From an uncultured Acidobacteriota bacterium (GTDB taxonomy: Bacteria > Acidobacteriota > Thermoanaerobaculia > Multivoradales > JAHEKO01): 64,000 bases of DNA. The stretch spans positions 1,472,001 through 1,536,000 of the forward strand of contig CAVQNG010000003.1 in NCBI GenBank assembly GCA_963713825.1. Reading direction: 5' to 3'. Under the pieces are notes generated by a model that worked only from the letters and a program-made list of their open reading frames with translations, had not been told where the DNA came from and did not search any database. A program made the position numbers and the translations under genes. Shown piece after piece: positions 39,462 to 49,160 of the stretch (position 1 is its first letter; each line of letters starts with the position of its first letter).

Positions 39462-40094
39462 CTAGAGCCATACCCAAGGCTTGTCATTCTGGTTTCGAGT
39501 CTGCCAGTCGCCCAGGTCCGGGTCCCACTTCCGCATCTGGACCCGGGCCGTAGCTGCCGGCTGGACGCGGATCTCGAGAAAATTCCCTCGTCGGTCGCTA
39601 TAGCGAACGGCGCCGATATCTCGGATCGAGCCGTTGGGGTCGAAGATGGCGATGGGCTCCGTTCCGTTGTCCGTGAAGAGCCTGATCGGACCATCGGGGT
39701 CAGCGGGAGGGGCCTGGAATAGGACGTTCTCCGGCAACCCGTACCGACCGAGCTCGTAGTCCGTGGCTCGATGGGGCTCTCCCGCCACCGGGTTGTAGAA
39801 CATGTCGGGTGGAGTGGCGACAGCCACGCCGTCCACGTCGGCGAACGCGACGACTTCGTTCCTGGCCAGATCGAAGCGCACCACGGTGGGGACGTTCTGT
39901 CGGACCGCTTCGGACCTCGCCCGCTGCATCAAAACGGAGGTTTCGCGTGCGATACCTTCCAACTTGGCACGGTGAATGACGCGAATCAGATTGGGAATGC
40001 CGATCGTCGCCATGATGCCGATGACGGCGACGATGACGATCATCTCGATCAGGGTGAATCCAGACCGCGGACGTTGTCTGCTGCTCCGATGCAT
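39462..40094 (-). CDS. fimT: FimT/FimU (GspH-like) minor pilin
   Basis: G-FTLIEMIV leader; ARSEAV..N..V; ATG 40094 after AAGGAG. Confidence 0.82.
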   Translation of the reverse strand: MHRSSRQRPRSGFTLIEMIVIVAVIGIMATIGIPNLIRVIHRAKLEGIARETSVLMQRARSEAVRQNVPTVVRFDLARNEVVAFADVDGVAVATPPDMFYNPVAGEPHRATDYELGRYGLPENVLFQAPPADPDGPIRLFTDNGTEPIAIFDPNGSIRDIGAVRYSDRRGNFLEIRVQPAATARVQMRKWDPDLGDWQTRNQNDKPWVWL

Positions 40095-40127
40095 ATGCAA
40101 GCTCCTTTTCCGGACGGGTACGTTCAA

Positions 40128-40143
40128 AGCAAGGGCAGTGCCA
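40128..40143 (-). promoter_or_regulatory. Sigma-54 promoter of the minor-pilin/pilY1 operon
   Basis: Minus strand TGGCAC-TGCCC-TTGCT, exact consensus, 34 nt upstream of the fimT ATG. Confidence 0.82.
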
Positions 40144-40253
40144 GATGTCCAGAGCTCTGGCGTGAGAGGGATAAGCACTTTTATGGCAACAGTTTGAGTC
40201 GTTTTCCGTGGGTTCTGGGCGGTGTCGCGCCTTCTCTTGATTCTGTTACCTAT

Positions 40254-41969
40254 CTACCCAAAAACGTCAACAGGGAAGGAGAGAGTGACTTTGGTGCCGC
40301 CACCCGAACGGGCCTCGAGCTCGACGGTTCCGCCGTGCAGGGTCACGATACGGTGGGTCAAAGAGAGCCCTAAACCGACGCCGTCCGGACGGCCCGTAAC
40401 GAAGGGCTGAAACAATCGCTCACGGACGTTGCTGGGAAGCCCAGGGCCCCGGTCTTCGATGACGAGGTCGACCTGTCGCTGGCCGCTCTGCAATCGCGCT
40501 TGAATGGGCTCTACGACACCGATCCCCGACTGAGCCTGGGTGGCGTTGTGCAAGAGGTTTCTGACGGCTCGCTCCAGAAGCTGAGAATCTCCCTGGAGAA
40601 TCAGGGGAGTCGATCTGGCGATCTCGATCTCGACGGCTGACCCTTCGAGGGCAGGGTCGGCGGCTGCTCGGCGGACGACCTCGACCAGATTCACCGCTTC
40701 GATGCGCGTTGTTTCCGGTCGGGCGAAGGCCAGAAAGTCCTCCAGGACTCGCTGCAGGTGGTCGCTCTCTCTGCGAATCTCGCTCAGGAAGTCCGTGATC
40801 GACTCCTTCTCGGGTCTCCGCTCGATCAGCGTCAGGTAGCCGCGCAATGTCGCCAGGCTGTTGCGAAGCTCGTGCGCGAATCCGGCCGCCAGCTCGCCGA
40901 GTTGCGCCAGACTCGTCGCCAGCTGTTCCTGATCAGCCAGCCGCTGTGTTTCTGTCAGGTCGACGAACAGAACCAGATGGCCGCGTACCGCCCCGTCGTC
41001 CCGACGCAAGGCGTGGACGGTCAGGCCGAGCAGTCGGCTGCCTTGCGAGGTCTCGATGACGACCTCCTGTCGCGGCAATCCGGTCGCCTGGTCGACCGCC
41101 TTGGCCAAGGCATCGCAGAATGAGGCGTGGTGGGCCAGATAGTCCGTCGCGGCAACTGGCTCGGGAGGTGGGTCGATCTCCAGCAGCTCTGACCCTACTG
41201 GATTGAGTGCCAGCACGAGGCCGCCCTTGTCGAGCAGCAGAAAGCCGCTTTCCAAACTGGGTGCAAGAGTCCGCTGGAGTACCGCTATGTCGTCCTCGGT
41301 AGCCTCGTGATCGGGCTCGCGAAGCGACGCCATGGCCTTCTCGACGGTGGTGATGAGGAAGGTCACCTCGTCCTCGTCACCCGGTTCTCCTCCCAGGGTA
41401 CGGGCCTGCCGCAGAAGGGTGTCGAAGGGTCGAATCAAATTCGGTAGAAAGAGCAGCACCAATCCCATCAACGCCACGTCTACTGGTAGCACGACCCAGA
41501 GCAATCGTTGTGCGGTCCGCCGTTGACGGTCCAACTGATTGGCGGGCAGATCGATCCGTAGGACTCGGGCGCTCTCGGTTCCTTCCAGAGGAGTGAAGGC
41601 GACGACTACAGGTCCCACCTGGGCGTTGGGTCCGATGGCCGATGTCTGGGATAGCTGGGGTCCGGTTCCGAAGTCACCATAGGACACCAATGGGTTTCCC
41701 TGGTGGTCGATGATGGCGATGCTCTGAGCCCTTGGAGCGCGGCGATGGAGAGTGGCTTGAGTAGGCAGTGGGCCCGTAGCAAGAGTCGAAGCCAGCTGGC
41801 GCGCCAGAGTCGATGCTTCGATCTGCCGTTCCTCGATCAGAAGCTGGACTCCACTCCGATAGCTCAGAACGGCAAAACCGGAGAGCAATACGAGAAGGAA
41901 GAGTATCGCCGGCAGCAGAACGGCGACCTCCCGCCTGAGGCCCAACTGAAACCAGCGTGATGGCATCAT
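40254..41969 (-). CDS. Sensor histidine kinase (PilS-like)
   Basis: Two TM helices, PAS-like region, AHELRNSL H-box, NLLHNA, DRGPG, GVGLGL. Confidence 0.9.
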   Translation of the reverse strand: MMPSRWFQLGLRREVAVLLPAILFLLVLLSGFAVLSYRSGVQLLIEERQIEASTLARQLASTLATGPLPTQATLHRRAPRAQSIAIIDHQGNPLVSYGDFGTGPQLSQTSAIGPNAQVGPVVVAFTPLEGTESARVLRIDLPANQLDRQRRTAQRLLWVVLPVDVALMGLVLLFLPNLIRPFDTLLRQARTLGGEPGDEDEVTFLITTVEKAMASLREPDHEATEDDIAVLQRTLAPSLESGFLLLDKGGLVLALNPVGSELLEIDPPPEPVAATDYLAHHASFCDALAKAVDQATGLPRQEVVIETSQGSRLLGLTVHALRRDDGAVRGHLVLFVDLTETQRLADQEQLATSLAQLGELAAGFAHELRNSLATLRGYLTLIERRPEKESITDFLSEIRRESDHLQRVLEDFLAFARPETTRIEAVNLVEVVRRAAADPALEGSAVEIEIARSTPLILQGDSQLLERAVRNLLHNATQAQSGIGVVEPIQARLQSGQRQVDLVIEDRGPGLPSNVRERLFQPFVTGRPDGVGLGLSLTHRIVTLHGGTVELEARSGGGTKVTLSFPVDVFG

Positions 41970-42742
41970 GGGAGACCGTTGAAGTAGAGAGCCAGGAAGT
42001 CGCGGCAGAAGAGCGAGACGAGGCCGCCCAGGGCCAGAAAGACACCGAACGGTAGCCTCGAACGGAGTCCAACCCGACCGGTCAGCAGCAGAGCGATGCC
42101 TGTCAAGGCGCCGGTCAAAGAGGCAACGAACAACGTTGTCAGGACTCCCTGCCAGCCGAGGAAGGCTCCGATCAGGGCCAGCATGTTGACGTCGCCCAGG
42201 CCCATGCCCTCTTCGTTGCGCAGCCAGAACCAGAAATTGATCAGCAGGATGAGCAGACCAGCGCCGATCACGGCACCGACGAGTGCATCCATGAACGAGG
42301 TGTAGGGATGCCAGGCCCGCAGAGCCAGACCGAGCATGAGGCCTGGCAGCGTGACGCGGTCAGGGAGGAGGAAATGCTCCAGGTCGATCGCCGCCAGCAA
42401 CACCATCAGTGCGGTGAAGACAATGGCGATCAACGCCTCGGCTGTGAGCCCGAACCGAAGAACGCAAGCCACAAAGGCGGCCGCCATGAGGCCTTCGATG
42501 AAAGGGTAACGCCAGGATATGGGAGCTCGACAATGGCGACAGCGGCCCTTCAGCAGGAGAAAGCTCAAGACGGGAATGTTGTCCCTGGCCTTGATGGCGC
42601 CATCGCAGAATGGACAGCGCGACCGAGGCCAGACCGTGGATTTGCCGGACGGCAGGCGGTGAACCAGAACGTTCAGATAGCTGCCGACAATCAACCCCAA
42701 GAGGGCGGCATAGAGCAACAAGAGAGGGGATTGGGCCACCAT
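41966..42742 (-). CDS. pilD: Prepilin peptidase
   Basis: GSYLNV..RLP, CPFC/CRHC, ID..H.LLPD, GMGLGDV, PFGVFL. Confidence 0.95.
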   Translation of the reverse strand: MVAQSPLLLLYAALLGLIVGSYLNVLVHRLPSGKSTVWPRSRCPFCDGAIKARDNIPVLSFLLLKGRCRHCRAPISWRYPFIEGLMAAAFVACVLRFGLTAEALIAIVFTALMVLLAAIDLEHFLLPDRVTLPGLMLGLALRAWHPYTSFMDALVGAVIGAGLLILLINFWFWLRNEEGMGLGDVNMLALIGAFLGWQGVLTTLFVASLTGALTGIALLLTGRVGLRSRLPFGVFLALGGLVSLFCRDFLALYFNGLP

Positions 42743-42745
42743 GCC

Positions 42746-44104
42746 TCACTCCATCACGCAGCCGGTGATGACCCGATCGAGCACGCTCACACCAGCCTGA
42801 AAGGCCTCGACGGAGATCTGCTCGTCCGGGCCGTGGATTCCTCGCAGGCTGCCACTGTCGAGCATGAAGGGCGAGAATCCGTAGGCCGGGATCTCCCGCT
42901 GTCGAAAGTAACGCGCATCGGTGATCCCTGGGATGAAAGCTGGGGCCACCGGTGCTCGCTGCTCGAGAATCTCCTGCAGGCAATGAAAGAACGGAGTATC
43001 CGTCGGCGACGGGGCGCTGGGAGGCGCCGACAACAGGACCTCGAGCTCGACATCGCTGCCAACGAGTTGACGGATTTCGGTCAGGAAGGCCTTCTCGTCG
43101 ATGTCGGGAAGTAGGCGAATATCGATCAGGGCACTGGCTTGGTCCGGCGCCGCATTGAGACGCTCTCCCGCCTCCAGACCATTGATCTGGATGCTGTCCA
43201 GAAAGTAGTTCGGCATACCCGGCATCAGCCGGGTCGACGGCTCCGGATGGCTGAAGATCTCATTCATGTTCGCCACGACCTCCTGGAATCCCCGTGGCTC
43301 CATGGGTGCCACAGCTTCGAGATAGCGTCTGGCCTCGGGCGTGACGCGGAAGTCGAGCGGCCGGTCCAGGAGGCGATTCAATCCCCGAATGAGTCGATGG
43401 GGTGCGGTGTGTAGATTGAGGGTCGAGCCATGGCCGGGCCTGCCGGCTGCCGTGGCTCGCAGCCAGAGCGGCCTCTTTTGGGCCACTTCGATGCCCCACC
43501 AGACGACCCGGCCTTGTCGGACGCGGTTCATGCCGCCTTCTCCCAAGACGGCGACGACATCTCGAAAGAGCTCTGGATGACTTTCGACTAGCCACCCGGA
43601 GCCTTGCTCTCCCCCGGTTTCCTCGTCGGTGACGGCGAGAAAGGCAAGCCCTCTTGTCAGCCGCGAAATCTGCTTGCTCGCTTCGATGAAGGACCAGAGG
43701 TGGGCGATGCCCAGGCTCTTGTCGTCGACGGCTCCCCTGCCAAAGAGCGTGCCACCCATGATCTCTCCACCATAGGGACGCTGGGTCCACCCCGAGCCGG
43801 CCGGCACGACATCCGCGTGGTGGAGCAGAACGACGGTTTCCTTGGCCCCTGCAGCGGGCTCGAGATGCGCATAAAGGCTAGGTCTGCCCTCGGGCGACAC
43901 GAGCCATCGAGTCGCGATTCCGTGGTGATGCAGTACGTCGCGGAGGTAGGCAGCCGCTTCTTCCGCTCCGGCCGGTGTCGAAGAGTCGATTCGCAAGTAG
44001 TTCTGGAGCCATTCGAGCGCCAAGTCGGAATCGCTTCCTGCGCCTCGGACGAGAGCAGGAGTGAGAATCAGAAGGAAGAGGAGGGCCGGTACCGAAGCTC
44101 GCAC
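42746..44104 (-). CDS. Secreted M20/M25/M40 metallopeptidase
   Basis: HADVV, GRGAVDDK, DEETG, EGG, GHGS, TDAR, IHGPDE; start inferred at a GTG downstream of the pilin terminator. Confidence 0.85.
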   Translation of the reverse strand: MRASVPALLFLLILTPALVRGAGSDSDLALEWLQNYLRIDSSTPAGAEEAAAYLRDVLHHHGIATRWLVSPEGRPSLYAHLEPAAGAKETVVLLHHADVVPAGSGWTQRPYGGEIMGGTLFGRGAVDDKSLGIAHLWSFIEASKQISRLTRGLAFLAVTDEETGGEQGSGWLVESHPELFRDVVAVLGEGGMNRVRQGRVVWWGIEVAQKRPLWLRATAAGRPGHGSTLNLHTAPHRLIRGLNRLLDRPLDFRVTPEARRYLEAVAPMEPRGFQEVVANMNEIFSHPEPSTRLMPGMPNYFLDSIQINGLEAGERLNAAPDQASALIDIRLLPDIDEKAFLTEIRQLVGSDVELEVLLSAPPSAPSPTDTPFFHCLQEILEQRAPVAPAFIPGITDARYFRQREIPAYGFSPFMLDSGSLRGIHGPDEQISVEAFQAGVSVLDRVITGCVME

Positions 44105-44162
44105 GGTTGGTGCCGAGTGTAGCAGGCGATGCTGCCAGTAATGTGCAAACAAATCCACAAAG

Positions 44163-44198
44163 AAAAGGGGGCGCCGCGACTCGCGGTGCCCCCTTTTT
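44163..44198 (-). terminator. Intrinsic terminator after major pilin
   Basis: AAAAGGGGGCGCCGCGA-C-TCGCGGTGCCCCCTTTTT hairpin with A/T tracts on both sides. Confidence 0.85.
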
Positions 44199-44222
44199 GG
44201 ACCTATGGTTGATTCAGGTCGA

Positions 44223-44765
44223 TTAGTCGATTCTCGCGCCGGCAGGATAGCGCACGAAGAAGCCGTCGGACCACACGATGTCCTGGTCATAGTCGGTAGC
44301 CAGGAACGGGCCCATATTGTAGGTGCCCTGGAGGTTGCCGTCTGTGCGGCCTGGGCTGAAGATGCCCATGACCTGCGCGGTCAGCGGGTTGCCGGAGTAG
44401 TAGTATTCGTAGTTGTTACCCCAGCCATCCCTGTTCGGGACTTCCTGGATATAGAACATGGTAGAGCTGACGTAGAGCATGCTTAGCAGCGCGTCACCCC
44501 CGCCCGTCATCTCCGTTAGGTCGCCTTGACTCCACTCACCAGTCGTACCAGCCGCAGCGGCACCGATCTGGTCGGTCAGCCATGAGAACCAGGAAGCACC
44601 GACATCACGCATGTCGCCGACGGTGCGCTTCTGCTTCGCCTTCTGCAAGGCGTCGAGCAAGTTGGGAATCAAGATCGCCGCGATGATGCCGATGATCGCT
44701 ACGACGATCAGGAGCTCGATCAGGGTAAAACCCTTTTGGCCCCGGCGTCTGTTGAGTCGCATCAT
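44223..44765 (-). CDS. pilA: Major type IV pilin / GspG-like pilin
   Basis: QKG-FTLIELLIVVAIIGI leader; DGWG motif; own sigma-54 promoter, RBS GAGGAG and terminator. Confidence 0.82.
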   Translation of the reverse strand: MMRLNRRRGQKGFTLIELLIVVAIIGIIAAILIPNLLDALQKAKQKRTVGDMRDVGASWFSWLTDQIGAAAAGTTGEWSQGDLTEMTGGGDALLSMLYVSSTMFYIQEVPNRDGWGNNYEYYYSGNPLTAQVMGIFSPGRTDGNLQGTYNMGPFLATDYDQDIVWSDGFFVRYPAGARID

Positions 44766-44820
44766 ACCTGTTCACTCCTCTTCTTTAGTTAACGATTCCG
44801 CTGAGTACACCCTGACTTAC

Positions 44821-44836
44821 AGCAGAAAGCGTGCCA
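44821..44836 (-). promoter_or_regulatory. Sigma-54 promoter of major pilin
   Basis: Minus strand TGGCAC-GCTTT-CTGCT; GG/GC correctly spaced; AT-rich tract upstream. Confidence 0.8.
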
Positions 44837-44923
44837 GCTACGAAAAATCAATAGAAGAAAGGGCTTTTCAGCCCAGGGGATGGGGCGAGCGACAAAATTT
44901 GACAGACCCGTTGCCGGGCATTG

Positions 44924-46357
44924 TCAACCAGCGAGCCGTTGGACTGCCTCCTTGTAGAGCTCCACTCCGCCGACGAATCCCGTCAGCCCTAGCCGTTCGT
45001 TCAGCGTGTCCTTGCGCAGGGTATCGGTGGTGAAGATCAGGAAGGGAGAGAATCCGTACGAGGGGATCCCTGCTTGTCGGAAGAAGCGGGCATCCGTCGC
45101 CGACCAGACCAGGAAATAGGGTCCCACTCCGGTGTCGGGATAGCTCTCCTGGAACAACTCTGCCAGCGTTTCGAAGGCTGGATGATCCACCGGGCTTCCC
45201 GAGTCGGTGCCGAGCGGCGGCCGCTGAGTGATCGTGACACCGTGGGTGATCCAGTCCGGCAATAGTCGAGCTCTAACCTGGCCGAAGTCGGAGCCCGGCA
45301 AGAGGTGAACGATCAGTCTCAAGCGGTACCCACCCTCTGGATCTTCTTCGACCCATTGGGTCGCGACATCCTCCCGGAAGAGGGCTTGCAGATAGGCCGG
45401 TAGGCTGAAGAACTCCGCCGGATGATCGAGGCTCTGGCGGGTATCCGCCAGAATTCGCTCGAAGTCGGCATTGTCGCGCGAGGCGGCATAGGAGGACAGG
45501 AACTTCAAGACTTCATCTGTCAGCCTGAGCTCGAAGTTGGCGTCGGTGTGGGCATCGATGTCTGCCATCAGTTGTTCGAGGCGCTGGCGATCCGAGGAGC
45601 ACGCCCAGGCTTCGGCGAACTGCTTTTGGCCAAACTCGATGCCCCAGTACTTGACCTCCTCGTGGCTCACTGCTTCGACGACACCGCCTTCTGTGAGAAC
45701 GACCCCGAATCTCTCGACAAGCTCTGGGTGCTGAGCGAGGACCCACTGTGCCCCCAACTCGCTGCCGATCTCCTCGCTTCCGGTGGCGAGAAAGATGATC
45801 GACTTGGCTGGGCGACGGCCCGACTTCTTGATCTCGATGAGAGCCTCGAGCTGAGCGATGGTGACGCTCTTCATGTCGAAGACACCGCGGCCATAGATCC
45901 AGGCTCGGTCGATCACCGCTGCGTAGGGCGGATGCACCCATGCTTCGGGATCCTCTACATCGAAGACGTCGATGTGACTGTGCAGCACCAGAGCCTCGGG
46001 ATTCTCACCTTCCAGAATCGCCCACAGATTGGCCTTCTTCTCACCCAGACGCTCGATGTGAGGCTCGATTCCGGCCGCGCGGAGCTTGTCGGCAAGGAAG
46101 AGAGCGCCGGCGATCTCGCTGCCAGTACTGGCGCTGGTGTCGATTCGGACGTAGTCCTGCAACAGCTGAACTTCTGGCAGGGAGGCATAGTCGACGTCCT
46201 CCCAGGAGTCATCCATGGTTTTCGGTGCAGCTTTCTTCAGCACTGTGATCGCGACGACCAGGCCGACGATCAGGACCACCATGGAACCGTGAAGCAGAAC
46301 CCTGCGACGGAGTTTCTGGCGAGGCGAAAGGGCCTCGAATTTCTTCGACAGGTACAT
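44924..46357 (-). CDS. Membrane-anchored M20-family peptidase homologue
   Basis: N-terminal TM; HIDV, GRGVFDMK, EEIG, EGG, TDAR; C-terminal His ligand appears absent. Confidence 0.82.
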   Translation of the reverse strand: MYLSKKFEALSPRQKLRRRVLLHGSMVVLIVGLVVAITVLKKAAPKTMDDSWEDVDYASLPEVQLLQDYVRIDTSASTGSEIAGALFLADKLRAAGIEPHIERLGEKKANLWAILEGENPEALVLHSHIDVFDVEDPEAWVHPPYAAVIDRAWIYGRGVFDMKSVTIAQLEALIEIKKSGRRPAKSIIFLATGSEEIGSELGAQWVLAQHPELVERFGVVLTEGGVVEAVSHEEVKYWGIEFGQKQFAEAWACSSDRQRLEQLMADIDAHTDANFELRLTDEVLKFLSSYAASRDNADFERILADTRQSLDHPAEFFSLPAYLQALFREDVATQWVEEDPEGGYRLRLIVHLLPGSDFGQVRARLLPDWITHGVTITQRPPLGTDSGSPVDHPAFETLAELFQESYPDTGVGPYFLVWSATDARFFRQAGIPSYGFSPFLIFTTDTLRKDTLNERLGLTGFVGGVELYKEAVQRLAG

Positions 46358-46446
46358 GGCAGGCGAGATCTTAGCACTCGGCACGGCCCGATCTCCTGTA
46401 TCCTACGGCCTGATCTCGATGAGCCCGGGACAGGTTTGATCCAGCC

Positions 46447-48033
46447 ATGAAATCAACTCAGTCGCAGAGCCCGGTAGGTGCTGTCAGCACCCGTGGCAGG
46501 GATGCCTGGATCCTGATTCTCATTGGATTGTCGGCCTGCGTCGGCTACACGGCGGTCGAGGTCTACCTGTTGAGTGGACAGATGGCCTTTCCTCTCGACG
46601 ACAGTTGGATCCACCTCCAGTTCGCTCGGAATCTGGCCGCTGGCGATGGCCTGTCGTTCAACCCGGGGCAGCTGGTGGCCGGGTCGACGGCGCCGCTGTG
46701 GACCGCCATCGTCTCTCTGGTGTACTTCCTGCCCGGGAATCCGGTCTTCTGGGTCAAGCTGATGGGAGTGCTGCTTTTTCTGGCCGGTGGTTGGCTGACT
46801 TTCCGCTTGGGGCTCGCTTTGGCATTGCCCAGGGCGTTTGCCATGCTGGCGTCTATGCTGACGGTCGCGACGAGCTGGCTGGTTTGGTCGGCTTTGTCTG
46901 GTCTGGAGATCCCTCTCTTCGTCGTGCTCAGCCTGTTCGCGATCGAGCTTCATCTCGAGGAGCGGCAGGACGATCAGAGGCCGCCTTTGTCACTTCTCGT
47001 GATGGCGATCGGGGCCCTGGCGCGGCCGGAAGCTCTTCTATTGATGGTGCTCGCGCTGGCGGATCGTCTACTTCGATTCGAGAGAGATGCTGACGGTGAC
47101 CTGGTGTGGCAACGATCCGGGGCGAGGTCATGGCTCCTGGTTCTCCTCGGCGTTCTGGTGGTCCTGGTGCCGATGGCACTGTTCAACTGGAGCGTATCGG
47201 GGTCCTTTCTGCCAACGACGTTCAGTGCCAAGACTCCGGGGATGGCTCGTTGGCTGCCCGAGATGCGGTTTCTGCATACGGTGATGGGTGTCTTCTTCAA
47301 GGTCCAGCCTTTCATGCTGCTGTTCGCCGGAGCTGGGGTGTTGACTATGGCGGGTCGCTTGGGCTCGGAGAAGGACCGGGGGCTGCTGCCCTCCCTCTGG
47401 CTGATCTGCCTGCCGTTGGCCTACTCGATCATGAATCCTGCCGGTGGTTTGACGCTGGTGGGCAACCTGGGTCGCTATCTATTCCCACTTTTCCCCATCC
47501 TCAATCTGCTCGGAGTGCTGGGCCTGCAGCAGATTCTCGGCCGATTCAGTGGCAGGGTGAGAGTCGGGAGCGGAGTATTGTCCGCTCGCGTCGTGCTCCT
47601 GTCGATTCTGATCCTGCCGACCCTGGCTAGTCTCGTCCAGGGTGCAGGGCGCTATGCACAGGGTGTGATGAATGTGCAGGACAGCGATGTCAGAGCAGCC
47701 CATTGGCTGGATGGGCGTGTGAGCCCGGAGGCGATTCTGGCGGTCAACGATATCGGCGCGATCAAGTACATCTTGCCGAACCGGGTCGTAGACCTGGCGG
47801 GCATCATCAGCCCGGAGGTGCGAGAACTGAATTTCAACGGCTTTCTCGAACTGCACGAACCGGACTACCTGGTCGTCTTTCCGAGGTGGTTTCCGACCAT
47901 GACCTCCGAGGACTCGCCGTTCCATCTGGAGCAGATGTTCCAGGTACCCGACAACATCACCATGGGGGGCGATGAGCTGGGGGTCTACTCGACTCCCTGG
48001 ACGCGCTACCCATTGAGGGAGGATCTCCCGTGA
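46447..48033 (+). CDS. GT-C fold membrane glycosyltransferase (AftB/TfpW-like)
   Basis: First-loop DDSWIHLQFARNLAAGDGLSFNPG, SGLE.PL, RPE, RY..P, D.GL-type motif; many TM helices. Confidence 0.72.
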   Translation: MKSTQSQSPVGAVSTRGRDAWILILIGLSACVGYTAVEVYLLSGQMAFPLDDSWIHLQFARNLAAGDGLSFNPGQLVAGSTAPLWTAIVSLVYFLPGNPVFWVKLMGVLLFLAGGWLTFRLGLALALPRAFAMLASMLTVATSWLVWSALSGLEIPLFVVLSLFAIELHLEERQDDQRPPLSLLVMAIGALARPEALLLMVLALADRLLRFERDADGDLVWQRSGARSWLLVLLGVLVVLVPMALFNWSVSGSFLPTTFSAKTPGMARWLPEMRFLHTVMGVFFKVQPFMLLFAGAGVLTMAGRLGSEKDRGLLPSLWLICLPLAYSIMNPAGGLTLVGNLGRYLFPLFPILNLLGVLGLQQILGRFSGRVRVGSGVLSARVVLLSILILPTLASLVQGAGRYAQGVMNVQDSDVRAAHWLDGRVSPEAILAVNDIGAIKYILPNRVVDLAGIISPEVRELNFNGFLELHEPDYLVVFPRWFPTMTSEDSPFHLEQMFQVPDNITMGGDELGVYSTPWTRYPLREDLP

Positions 48034-49136
48034 GCGAGATTCCGGTATTCAATCTTCAGATAGCGGTGGCCGAGGTGGCCACCGAAGTACACGAGCGATG
48101 GAGGTCGTTGACCGAGCGTACCGCCTTCGTTGGCGGCGCTGAGGTCGAGGCCTTCGAGCAGGCCTTTGCGGACTACCTGTCGGTAGCTGGCTGTGTCGGA
48201 GTTGCCAATGGGACGGATGCTCTGGAGCTGGCGTGCCGTGCCCTCGATCTCCAGCCTGGAGACGAGGTCATTGTTCCTTCCTACACATTCATTGCGACAG
48301 CGGCTGCGGTACGCCTAGCAGGAGGGACTCCGGTCTTTGCCGACGTCGAGACCACGACTCTGAATCTCGACCCCGAGGGCTTGCGCCGGCGCATCACCGA
48401 TCGGACCGTAGGGGTGATCGGGGTACATCTCTACGGTCGACCGTTTCAAGTGGAGGCGATCATCGGGCTCTGCCGGGACCACGGGTTGTGGCTGATCGAG
48501 GACGCGGCCCAGGCCCATGGTGCCCGATGGCAAGGTCGATCGGCGGGCAGCTTGGGACAGATATCGACCTGGAGCTTCTATCCTGCAAAGAACCTTGGCT
48601 GCTTCGGAGACGGCGGCGCTGTGACCGGCAACGACACAGAGCTTCTGGACAGGGTGCGCCTGCTTTCCAACCATGGCAGAACAGCTCACTACGTGCATGC
48701 GGAGCTCGGCCGAAACAGCAGGCTGGACGCTCTGCAGGCGGCTGCCCTCAACTGTCGCCTGCCTCGCCTGGATGCCGATAACGAAAGGCGTCGCACGATT
48801 GCGGCGACCTACCGACGGGCCCTTTCGCAGGTCGGCGACCTGAGGCTCCTGGAAGATCAGCCAGACACGGTGCCGGTCTATCACCAGATGACGGTGTTGA
48901 GCTCGAAGCGGAACGAGCTGAAGAGTTTCTTGGCGGAGCGGGGCATAGGCACTGCCATTCACTATCCTATGGCTCTACACCTTCAGCCTGCCTTCTCTGT
49001 TGGTGGCGGCCCGCCCGCGGCCCTGCCGGTGGCTGAGGCGGCAGGAGAACAGGTCCTCTGCCTGCCGATGTTTCCGCAACTTACCGACGCAGAGGTCGAG
49101 ACCGTCTGCGCAGCGGTGGTGGACTTCTTCGACTGA
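48030..49136 (+). CDS. DegT/DnrJ/EryC1/StrS sugar aminotransferase
   Basis: NGTDAL, VHLYG, EDAAQAHG, SFYPAKNLG, NSRLD.LQAA. Confidence 0.95.
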   Translation: MSEIPVFNLQIAVAEVATEVHERWRSLTERTAFVGGAEVEAFEQAFADYLSVAGCVGVANGTDALELACRALDLQPGDEVIVPSYTFIATAAAVRLAGGTPVFADVETTTLNLDPEGLRRRITDRTVGVIGVHLYGRPFQVEAIIGLCRDHGLWLIEDAAQAHGARWQGRSAGSLGQISTWSFYPAKNLGCFGDGGAVTGNDTELLDRVRLLSNHGRTAHYVHAELGRNSRLDALQAAALNCRLPRLDADNERRRTIAATYRRALSQVGDLRLLEDQPDTVPVYHQMTVLSSKRNELKSFLAERGIGTAIHYPMALHLQPAFSVGGGPPAALPVAEAAGEQVLCLPMFPQLTDAEVETVCAAVVDFFD

Positions 49137-49160
49137 TCTCGCGAGCACACCTGCGTTGGA

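Noticed and set aside
40243-40260. TGTTACCTATCT resembling the IS481-like motif
   Set aside because: Single short match overlapping the kinase stop codon, with no second repeat or terminal ACA
44223-44765. Electrically conductive e-pilin (21 aromatic residues in 168 mature aa)
   Set aside because: No aromatic residue between F1 and W47; positions 24 and 27 are non-aromatic, failing the usual e-pilin criteria
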